From positions 137,146 through 201,145 of the forward strand of contig SVQQ01000001.1 of NCBI GenBank assembly GCA_015065265.1: a stretch of 64,000 nt of DNA, read 5' to 3'. Numbering within the stretch: position 1 is the stretch's first letter; each line of letters starts with the position of its first letter. The notes beneath the pieces were generated by a model. The model searched no databases. It had not been told where the DNA came from and worked only from the letters and a program-made list of their open reading frames with translations. This document shows positions 37,078 through 44,742 of the stretch, piece by piece. Position numbers and translations under genes: made by a program. This stretch comes from Oscillospiraceae bacterium (lineage in GTDB: Bacteria; Bacillota; Clostridia; Oscillospirales; SIG627).

Positions 37078-38307
37078 ATGAGCTACATCTACCGTCATAT
37101 GGAAAACAGAATAATTGAACTATCGAAGTCATATTCGGCAATTCTCTTGACAGGTCCACGTCAGGCAGGCAAAACGACAATGCTTCGTGCTCTTGCTGAA
37201 AAGGAAAACAAGGGACGTGAATATGTGTCTCTTGATGACCTTGCAACAAGAGATATGGCGAAGAACGACCCTGCTCTCTTTTTGCAGATTCATAAGCCAC
37301 CTGTGCTGATTGACGAGGTTCAGTATGCTCCCGAGCTTTTCACATATATCAAGATTCACATTGACGAGCATCATAATCCCGGAGATTTCTGGATGACAGG
37401 CTCACAGATATTCCGACTTATGCGTGGTGTGCAGGAGTCACTTGCGGGGCGTGTTGCACTTCTTCATATGTCACCTATGTCACAGCGTGAGATTATCGGA
37501 GCTGACTGTGTGCCTTTTACGACTAATATGGAAACGCTTATAGACGAGTGCAAGAAAATCGCTCCCGTAGATACTCCCACCCTTTTTGAACGAATTTGGA
37601 AAGGCTCTATGCCGGGTATTGTATCGGGACTTTATCCTGACCGTAATATGTATTATTCCTCCTATCTCTCTACCTATGTTGAACGTGATGTGAGGGATAT
37701 TTCTGGGACGGTGGATGCGTTGAAATTCAACCGCTTCATTACCGCTGTTGCTGCAAGAACATCACAGCTTCTCAATTATCACGCACTTGCCGAGGATGCC
37801 GAGATTGATATGGCAACCGCAAAAGCGTGGGTAGATGTTCTTGAAACGCTGGGAATCATATTCCTGCTTCATCCCTATTCCAACAACGTGCTGAAACGCA
37901 CTATAAAAACGCCTAAGGTCTATTTCTACGATACTGGACTTGTGTGCTATCTTACCAAGTGGTCGTCGCCTGAAGTCGCAGAAAGTGGTGCCATGAGCGG
38001 TGCGTTGCTCGAAAACTTCACTGTGTCCGAAATTATGAAAGGCTATCAGAACGCAGGCCGTGAGCCGTACCTCTACTTCTACCGTGATCGTGATGCCAAG
38101 GAAATTGACGTAATTATGGAAGGTGACGGTAAGCTTTGCCCATTGGAGATTAAGAAAACTGCAACCCCAGACAAACGTATTATCCGCACTTTCGGCGTTA
38201 TCGATAAATCACCCTTGAAGGTTGGTACCGGTGCAGTTCTTTGTATGGCTGAACAGTTTGGAGCATTTGACAGGGCTAATCTTATTGTACCGATTTGGGC
38301 GATATAA
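37078..38307 (+). CDS. AAA-type ATPase of the AAA_14/DUF4143 family
   Basis: ATG 37078 with RBS GGAGG. Walker A is LLTGPRQAGKTT and Walker B is VLIDEVQ. The C-terminal region is typical of DUF4143 proteins (YFYDTGL..., YFYRDRDAKEIDVI). Confidence 0.8.
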   Translation: MSYIYRHMENRIIELSKSYSAILLTGPRQAGKTTMLRALAEKENKGREYVSLDDLATRDMAKNDPALFLQIHKPPVLIDEVQYAPELFTYIKIHIDEHHNPGDFWMTGSQIFRLMRGVQESLAGRVALLHMSPMSQREIIGADCVPFTTNMETLIDECKKIAPVDTPTLFERIWKGSMPGIVSGLYPDRNMYYSSYLSTYVERDVRDISGTVDALKFNRFITAVAARTSQLLNYHALAEDAEIDMATAKAWVDVLETLGIIFLLHPYSNNVLKRTIKTPKVYFYDTGLVCYLTKWSSPEVAESGAMSGALLENFTVSEIMKGYQNAGREPYLYFYRDRDAKEIDVIMEGDGKLCPLEIKKTATPDKRIIRTFGVIDKSPLKVGTGAVLCMAEQFGAFDRANLIVPIWAI

Positions 38308-38357
38308 CTGAATTTTCATAGAAAATCATATTTGAAATTATATAGAACATAGGAATT

Positions 38358-38366
38358 TGTTATAAT
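38358..38366 (+). promoter_or_regulatory. extended -10 element upstream of the four-gene operon
   Basis: TGTTATAAT (TG-n-TATAAT) at 38358-38366. No clear -35. Confidence 0.45.
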
Positions 38367-38466
38367 TTAAAAAACTTATATTTTGAGAAATTTTATAATT
38401 TGGAGGAGTAAAAGCAAACCACTTATCAAATTTAACATTCTCTGCTATGATTAGATCTTTTTTAAT

Positions 38467-39420
38467 ATGACAGAAAGGAAATATACAATGAATGATTTGT
38501 ATATAAATAAATGTAAAGCATTTATAGACTTTATGCTTTCGCAACAACAATGGTCTGGTATCACAAAAGCTAATATCGACTCTTGGTTGAGTAATTTTAA
38601 AGGATTAACTCACGAAGAACAAGAATTGGTCTATAAGCTATTGACGAACATAATATATTTTTCGGAAAACGATGTGACGGAAGCACTAAGAATAGGTGTT
38701 TATAATTGCTTGTCGTATTCGGACATTCTCCAACAACAAAAAGACTCTAATTTTTCAACGAGTACTCATACGTTGAAAAACACGCACAAGTCAAATATAA
38801 ACAAGGCTTGTTTCGTTCCTTTACTAGATAGTGGTGCCCCGCATGAAAGTGCAAATAATGTGTGTCGTATATTAGTACAGCAAGGTATTATTCCTGCAGA
38901 AAAATCGATGTTTTTGGATCAGGTGCCCTCGTTATTAAAATCAGGACAAGTCAACAATTTGATAATTGTTGATGATTGTGTTGGTAGTGGGGATCAGTTG
39001 CGAACATTTTGGGAAGAAACCAGAGTTAAAGATGATGATAATTCAATAACTATAAAAGATTTGTGTAAAAAATATGGTGCCAAGGCCAATTATCTTACAT
39101 TGTTTGGATATAATAAAAGCATTGAAGATCTTCGCGATGAATTTCCGGATTTAAACATTTTTTGTGTTCGCCAACTTAGCGACCAACACCGGGTATTTTC
39201 TGATTCTTCATATATTTGGAAGAGCGATGAAGAAAAAGCAACCGCTTTCGATTTAATTGATTCGCTTGCTAAAAACGCGGGAATACCTACATACGGGTAT
39301 AATAATTTGGATTTCGCTTTTGTTATGCATAAAACAATTCCCGATTGGTCTCTGCCAATATTTTGGAAAGAAAATTGCGATTGGAAATTACTGTTAAGGA
39401 GGAAAAACTCTAATGACTAA
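38467..39420 (+). CDS. phosphoribosyltransferase (PRTase)-like protein, helical N-terminal half
   Basis: The PRPP-loop-type motif NNLIIVDDCVGSGDQLRTF (nt ~38958-38997) fits the hhhhDDxxxxGxT/S PRTase signature. An alternative start ATG at 38488 has a weak GAAAGGA RBS. Confidence 0.55.
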   Translation: MTERKYTMNDLYINKCKAFIDFMLSQQQWSGITKANIDSWLSNFKGLTHEEQELVYKLLTNIIYFSENDVTEALRIGVYNCLSYSDILQQQKDSNFSTSTHTLKNTHKSNINKACFVPLLDSGAPHESANNVCRILVQQGIIPAEKSMFLDQVPSLLKSGQVNNLIIVDDCVGSGDQLRTFWEETRVKDDDNSITIKDLCKKYGAKANYLTLFGYNKSIEDLRDEFPDLNIFCVRQLSDQHRVFSDSSYIWKSDEEKATAFDLIDSLAKNAGIPTYGYNNLDFAFVMHKTIPDWSLPIFWKENCDWKLLLRRKNSND

Positions 39421-41338
39421 TCAATATAACCCTTTCAAAGAAAATAGAACAGAACAAATGAGAGATTTGTGGAAGTATTATGTTCCTTTTCCTGGGTTGG
39501 ATAGTGCGGGAAAACCTTTAGTGGTAGAAGGTGGGCGCGGAAGTGGGAAAACTATGTTTTTTCAGTGCAATTCGTGGCGCCAAAAAATTCTCGAATTTCA
39601 AAAGAATAGTAAGCCGATAACGGACCTTATTGATAATGAAGATTTTGTCGGAATCTATTATCGTGTTGATACTACTTTTGTATCTTCTATGCGTGAACGA
39701 GAAGAAGATAATTGGGGTGCAATTTTTGAAACCTATTTAGGAATATGTATTCTAAAAGAAATTTTAGATTTAATTTCTGCCCTAAACAAAAGTATGAACT
39801 TGAACGAAGGAACCTTATCAGAATTCTCATTGTCGTTTTCAAAAAAATTAAATACTGATAGTACCACAGATACAATTGATGAATTTCGTAAGGACTGTAA
39901 TGTATTTTTGGATATCATTGAGGATAAAATAAACGGTTCAGAAACTTTATCAAATTTGAGATGCATAAACGCCAATCGCTTTATTACTGATTTATGTGTT
40001 GCCACAAGAGAATTGCTTGGCAAAGAAGAACTGCTTTTTAAAATATTTATTGACGAATATGAAACATTACAAGAGTATCAACAGAAAATAGTCAACACAT
40101 TAATAAAGCATAGTTCTCTCCCGGTTATATTTAACATTGGTCTTCGTCCAAAAGGAATGAAAACGTCTGAAACTATTTCTGAGACTGAAACTATAGAAGC
40201 TCCACATGATTACGAATTACTCTTGTTAGGATTTGAACAAGATAAGTATCCAGAAATTATAAGAGCTATTTGTCAAAAGCGTATTGCACTTGGCAAAGAA
40301 CAGGGTAAAATACCAGAAACAGCTTCTGATGATATAGAGTTTTATTTGGGAAATTATTCAATAGAGTTAGAAATAGAGAAAATTTCTCAAACAACTAAAA
40401 AGCCTCCACACCTTGAGAAACTACGTAGATTAATAAAAACTAGAGCGTATGAGGAAAATTGTTCTGACGAAGAGTTTGAAGAGTATTGTAGAATGCTTTG
40501 CGATGAAGCACCAATACTGAATTCTCGAATGCATTATGCTTTGTTATACAAGAAAACACACTATACCCCGTCGCTTAAAGAACTATATACTTCGTACAAG
40601 AATAATGACGAAAGATATAATGATTGGCTACACAACAGAAAAAATGGTGTAATATATTTATTGTGTAAAGAAACAAAACGTGACAAAATGTATTTTGGGT
40701 TTGATGTTTTTTCAGCACTTTCCTCAAACATCGTTAGATATTTTTTAGAACTCTGTGAACAATCTTTTAAAATAGCATTTTTAAACGGTTATGAGTGGAC
40801 CTCACAAATCTCACCTGAAACGCAAACTGAAGCTGCTCGTTATGTAAGCGAATACAAAATAGTTGATATCGCAGGATACGAACCATACGGAAAAGAACTT
40901 CGTATATTTGTTCAATATTTAGGTCAAATTTTTAATAAATTGCATACCGCAGAAGACAACACATTGGGAGAGCCAGAGCCAAATCATTTTAATACTAAAG
41001 ACTTATCCTTACCAGATTCATCAAAAAAAATAATTGCATCTGCAATTATGTGGAATGTTCTGCAAGAAGGCGAAACTACAAAGAAAAAACAATCCAAACT
41101 ATCTCCCGAAACAGTAGATTATTATTTAAATAAGATATATGTTCCGTACTTTGGAATATCATATCGTAATCAAAGAAAAATATTTATTTCAGTTGATATT
41201 CTGCAAGAACTGTTTTCTGGCAATGAGGAATCTGCAAATAGTGGATTTAAAAAATTCTTTAGAACAGATATTGATGCCAATCCTGGCGGTACACAACTCA
41301 CTTTTTTCAATATGGATACGGAGGATAATGATGATTAA
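39413..41338 (+). CDS. P-loop ATPase, ORC/Cdc6-like AAA+ (tentative family assignment)
   Basis: 641 aa. Walker A is VVEGGRGSGKTMF (nt ~39531-39557) and Walker B is LFKIFIDEYETL (nt ~40045-40070). The start overlaps the upstream stop by 8 nt. Confidence 0.6.
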   Translation: MTNQYNPFKENRTEQMRDLWKYYVPFPGLDSAGKPLVVEGGRGSGKTMFFQCNSWRQKILEFQKNSKPITDLIDNEDFVGIYYRVDTTFVSSMREREEDNWGAIFETYLGICILKEILDLISALNKSMNLNEGTLSEFSLSFSKKLNTDSTTDTIDEFRKDCNVFLDIIEDKINGSETLSNLRCINANRFITDLCVATRELLGKEELLFKIFIDEYETLQEYQQKIVNTLIKHSSLPVIFNIGLRPKGMKTSETISETETIEAPHDYELLLLGFEQDKYPEIIRAICQKRIALGKEQGKIPETASDDIEFYLGNYSIELEIEKISQTTKKPPHLEKLRRLIKTRAYEENCSDEEFEEYCRMLCDEAPILNSRMHYALLYKKTHYTPSLKELYTSYKNNDERYNDWLHNRKNGVIYLLCKETKRDKMYFGFDVFSALSSNIVRYFLELCEQSFKIAFLNGYEWTSQISPETQTEAARYVSEYKIVDIAGYEPYGKELRIFVQYLGQIFNKLHTAEDNTLGEPEPNHFNTKDLSLPDSSKKIIASAIMWNVLQEGETTKKKQSKLSPETVDYYLNKIYVPYFGISYRNQRKIFISVDILQELFSGNEESANSGFKKFFRTDIDANPGGTQLTFFNMDTEDNDD

Positions 41339-42245
41339 AGAAGAATACTCTTTTTGCCATATGGAAGATTATTTGTATAATAATATAGATTTGCTAATAT
41401 CTGGTCAGCCTAATTCAGAAGAGAGAAGTTCTTTTTTCTCAAGTTTGTGGATGTCAAAAAACAAGGATGTTCTTTTTATTGATCTAGAAAACAATGAAAC
41501 TGTTATTTTTAAATATCTTTCTAACAATAACATGGTGTTAAATCGAAGATGTGATCTTTGTGTTGGTTTGCCAAAATTATTGAAACAAATAGGTGTCTCG
41601 GACAAAAATGTATTGTTGGATATGTCAAGTTTAGGTAATGTCTTAATTATGTTTTTGACTAAACAATTGTTAACAAAGGTTGTGCCAAATTCTTTTTTTG
41701 CATCTTATATAAGACCAGAAAAATATAGCAGTGAATCAGGAAATATTGGATATGAATTGTGTCAACAAATCGGAGCTGTTGATGCGGTTCCTGGTTTTAC
41801 AAAACGCGAATCAGATAATCAAACATTGTGTGCTTTTCTAGGCTTTGAAGGTGTTAGGCTAAAAGGGGTTTTAGAAACTGTACATAGTTTTGAAAGATTA
41901 GTGCCTATTGTAGCATTTCCCACGGGAACACCTCAATGGTATAATGTAACAATGTGGAATAGTATGGATATTCTTCAGAGTGAAGGCAAGAATCTTTCTG
42001 TATATAAGTGCTATTCAGAAAGTGTCTTTGAGGCAATCAATCTACTTGACAATATAATTGCTCAAGATGAAACAGTTGTATTAGCACCACTTGGCACTAG
42101 ACCACATTCTATGGCTTGTGCGATATTCGCATGTCATCATGAAGCGACTAAAATATTGTATGATTTTGTTATAGAAAGCAACCACCGTGCTATCGGGGTA
42201 TCGGATATAACAATATATCATCTTTCTTCATTCATAAAATCTTAG
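41331..42245 (+). CDS. hypothetical alpha/beta protein; the C-terminal half is possibly CARF/Csa3-like (speculative)
   Basis: ATG 41331 (or 41328) after GGAGG 41320-41324, overlapping the upstream stop. The track ORF from 41139 is an out-of-context extension. Strand-helix periodicity is visible. The motifs CAFLGFEGVRLKGVL and VVLAPLGTRPHSMACAIFA recall Csa3-type CARF motifs. Confidence 0.5.
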   Translation: MIKEEYSFCHMEDYLYNNIDLLISGQPNSEERSSFFSSLWMSKNKDVLFIDLENNETVIFKYLSNNNMVLNRRCDLCVGLPKLLKQIGVSDKNVLLDMSSLGNVLIMFLTKQLLTKVVPNSFFASYIRPEKYSSESGNIGYELCQQIGAVDAVPGFTKRESDNQTLCAFLGFEGVRLKGVLETVHSFERLVPIVAFPTGTPQWYNVTMWNSMDILQSEGKNLSVYKCYSESVFEAINLLDNIIAQDETVVLAPLGTRPHSMACAIFACHHEATKILYDFVIESNHRAIGVSDITIYHLSSFIKS

Positions 42246-42263
42246 TATAACGGAGGTGAGAAT

Positions 42264-43334
42264 GTGGATTATAGCAAATTTTATACTCCACTAGAAATCG
42301 CAACCGCTTTAATTAACGAACTTACTATTCCCAAACCAGAAAAAATTGTAGATATTTGTTGCGGAAGTTGCAATTTGCTTTTTGCTGCAAAGAAAAAATG
42401 GACAGAGTCCAAATTGTATGGAATAGATGTATCCAACCAAGCTGTTGCAGATAAAGTCAACTTTGAAATAAAAGATGGTAGACAATTTGCTATTGAACAT
42501 CCTCGTGAGTTTTCTTTGGTTGTAGCAAATCCGCCTTTTGATTATGTAGAAAACAAAAATCAATTTCCCGAATTATTTGTTGACCAATTCAATGCAATAA
42601 ACACTTCGCGTCTAGAAATAGAAATGCTAATAGCCAATTTAAGACTTTTACAACCCCATGGCGTTTTGTTAATTATTCTACCCAGTAGTTTTGTGGAAGC
42701 CGAAAGGCATAAAAGAATTAGAAAAATTGTTGCGGAGAATTATTATGTTGAAAGTATAATAAAACTTGATGAATCTACATTTGGTGCTTCCAGAATTAAC
42801 AGTTATGCATTAATAATACACAACGAATTACAAAATGAACGCGATTCGAAGTTTGGTTTTTCCAAAGGGAGTGTTATTTCATATTCCTCCTATGTTAGCT
42901 GGAGTGCATTAAAAGAAGGAAACTGGGAATTAGATACTAGTAACAATGACACTCGTTTAGTAAACATCAAACGTGGGAATATATCCAGTGCCTCTTTCAT
43001 AACTAGAGGACAACCTATTCTGCACACAGCTAAAAATAGTAGCAATTGGCAACCTAGCAAAAGATATATTTCAAAAAAAACTATTCCTACTGTTGTTGCT
43101 GAAGCTGGAGATATAATTGTGAGTCGCATTGGAAAATCTGCAGGTCAATGGTGTGTGTATAATGGGAAAAGAATTGCCATTTCTGATTGCTTGTATCGTA
43201 TTAAAGATCCAAATTCTCTTATATTCAGCAAAATAAATGGTAAAACTTTTAATAGAGAATTAAAAGGTGTTGCAACAAGGTACATAACAATAACAGATTT
43301 TTGTTCTTGGATTAACTCGATTTTGGATGAATAA
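42264..43334 (+). CDS. N6-adenine DNA methyltransferase (gamma-class, TaqI/Eco57I-like) with fused C-terminal HsdS-type target-recognition domain
   Basis: GTG start 42264 after GGAGGTG. Motif I is IVDICCGSCNLL and motif IV is LVVANPPFDY (NPPF at 42528-42539). The C-terminal segment GDIIVSRIGKSAGQWCVYNGKRIAISDCLYRIK resembles TRDs of type I S subunits. Confidence 0.8.
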   Translation: MDYSKFYTPLEIATALINELTIPKPEKIVDICCGSCNLLFAAKKKWTESKLYGIDVSNQAVADKVNFEIKDGRQFAIEHPREFSLVVANPPFDYVENKNQFPELFVDQFNAINTSRLEIEMLIANLRLLQPHGVLLIILPSSFVEAERHKRIRKIVAENYYVESIIKLDESTFGASRINSYALIIHNELQNERDSKFGFSKGSVISYSSYVSWSALKEGNWELDTSNNDTRLVNIKRGNISSASFITRGQPILHTAKNSSNWQPSKRYISKKTIPTVVAEAGDIIVSRIGKSAGQWCVYNGKRIAISDCLYRIKDPNSLIFSKINGKTFNRELKGVATRYITITDFCSWINSILDE

Positions 43335-43520
43335 ACATTATATGTTATCAACATTTTAGATTTGCTAATCTTGATAGGATATTTTACAATCCATAATTGC
43401 TGTTCAAGAATAATTCAAACCGGTACACCTTTGATAGGCACATAAACAACAAACTCGCCCAGTATATATTAACTTCCTGTAAACATTTCACGAAATATAC
43501 TATTATTTTTCCTTCACATA

Positions 43521-43549
43521 TTGCAAATACGCTTTATTTGTGTTACAAT
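43521..43549 (+). promoter_or_regulatory. promoter candidate for a non-coding leader or sRNA
   Basis: TTGCAA (43521-43526), a 17-nt spacer, TG-n-TACAAT (-10 at 43544-43549). Confidence 0.5.
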
Positions 43550-43555
43550 AACATT

Positions 43556-43783
43556 GTAAAAATGGTAAGCAGTTAAAATGGTAAGCAGTTTGAAGGTCTT
43601 GGGGAAGGTATGTTAATTTACCCGACTGAGCCTTTGGTTAAAAGTCGCTTTTAGGAGTAGTATGCTCTTTTGAGAGTGAGTAACTGATTATAAAACAATT
43701 TAATAGGCACTAAAATATTTATTTATCGGTATTAAACACACATTTGTATCTATTTAGGATACGTATGTGTGTTTTCCTTTTTC
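43556..43783 (+). ncRNA. candidate ~230-nt non-coding transcript or attenuator leader (promoter-to-terminator unit)
   Basis: It begins just after the -10 at 43549. It contains the tandem 16-nt repeat AAAATGGTAAGCAGTT x2 (43559-43590). It ends in a long hairpin, AAACACACATTTGTATC (43734-43750) / GATACGTATGTGTGTTT (43758-43774), followed by TCCTTTTTC. No ORF longer than 12 codons is present. Confidence 0.4.
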
Positions 43784-43822
43784 TTGCTAAATTCGCAATC
43801 CCCGCATTAACAAGAAAAGGAG

Positions 43823-44188
43823 GTGGTGCCTATACCCATAGATCTCAAAGGTCTTATTGCAGACTGGTGTAAACGCACAGAACCTATTGATATTCCTATC
43901 TATTTAAGCGAAAAAGAAATCCGAAAAGAATCAAGAAAAATATTTGATAAATTAGTAATACGGATTATAAAAAATGAAATAGACAACCAAATATTGGCTG
44001 ATGAAATATTAAAATTACAAAGGAATGAACGAATCGTTATAACACTAAACATAGTAGAAGAAATGACTCCGGCAGAAATAGCGGAGCTACTCGGAATTAA
44101 CACCAACAATGTGTACGTACAAAAGAACAAGGCTTTAAACAAACTACGGAAACAACTTGAAGAACGAAATTTCAGACACAGGAGGTGA
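43823..44188 (+). CDS. sigma-70 region-4-like HTH protein (Tn916 Orf7-like regulator)
   Basis: LQRNERIVITLNIVEEMTPAEIAELLGINTNNVYVQKNKALNKLRKQL is a region 4.2-type HTH. The start is uncertain because the GTG at 43823 abuts the RBS. Confidence 0.65.
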   Translation: MVPIPIDLKGLIADWCKRTEPIDIPIYLSEKEIRKESRKIFDKLVIRIIKNEIDNQILADEILKLQRNERIVITLNIVEEMTPAEIAELLGINTNNVYVQKNKALNKLRKQLEERNFRHRR

Positions 44189-44193
44189 ATTTT

Positions 44194-44424
44194 ATGACTG
44201 AAAAAAGATTTGACAATCCGCAGGAATTGCTGTATACAATAAGTGAGACAGCAGAGCTTTTGAAGATAAACAAGAATTTTGTTTATACTCTTATAAATCA
44301 GGGGCATCTGAAGTCTATCAAACTCGGCTGCCGTAAGGTAACAAGAAAGTCCCTTTTGGAATTTCTTGATAAGTATGACGGCTTGAACTTTGATGAAATC
44401 CTCGCTTGTGATACAGAAAAGTAA
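44194..44424 (+). CDS. xis: excisionase-family HTH DNA-binding protein (Xis candidate)
   Basis: LLYTISETAELLKINKNFVYTLINQGHLKSIKLGCRKVTRKSLLEFL matches the MerR-like excisionase fold signature. The ATG at 44194 lies 8 nt after GGAGG. Confidence 0.7.
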   Translation: MTEKRFDNPQELLYTISETAELLKINKNFVYTLINQGHLKSIKLGCRKVTRKSLLEFLDKYDGLNFDEILACDTEK

Positions 44425-44438
44425 TTATATAGAGCAGA

Positions 44439-44472
44439 TAAGGCTTCGGAGCGATCCGAGGCCTTATTTTTT
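44439..44472 (+). terminator. terminator after the xis-like gene
   Basis: Stem TAAGGCTTCGGA / TCCGAGGCCTTA (one wobble) with loop GCGA, followed by TTTTTT. Confidence 0.8.
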
Positions 44473-44742
44473 GATGTGCCGAAATAGCAGTTCTTGAAGT
44501 GCTTAAATATTCGAATTTTACATTATTAGAGGTGGCGCTGTTGACCTAAAAAAATGATTTTCAAAACAATGAAAAAATTAATCGACAGCGTCACCTCTAA
44601 ACGCCAAGAAAAGCCTTGAAACAAGGGGTTTTTCGGTGTCTATAGAAACACAAAAAGATAGTCAACAGCACCGTAGGGTAGGAGGTGACGCTGTGGGGTA
44701 TTTTCTGATCGAAATTGTTCGGTCTTTAAGGCATTGAAAATC

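Noticed and set aside
41139-41330. N-terminal extension of the track ORF 41139-42245
   Set aside because: The extension overlaps the 3' end of the ATPase gene in another frame. A GGAGG RBS at 41320-41324 plus the ATG at 41328/41331 gives the 8-nt overlap pattern seen at the previous gene junction.
38467-43334. Four-gene operon as a retron or a classical type I/II/III R-M system
   Set aside because: There is no reverse transcriptase and no msr/msd-like structured RNA immediately upstream. I could recognise no HsdR/Res helicase-nuclease or PD-(D/E)xK/HNH endonuclease motif by eye. This needs profile searches to be certain.
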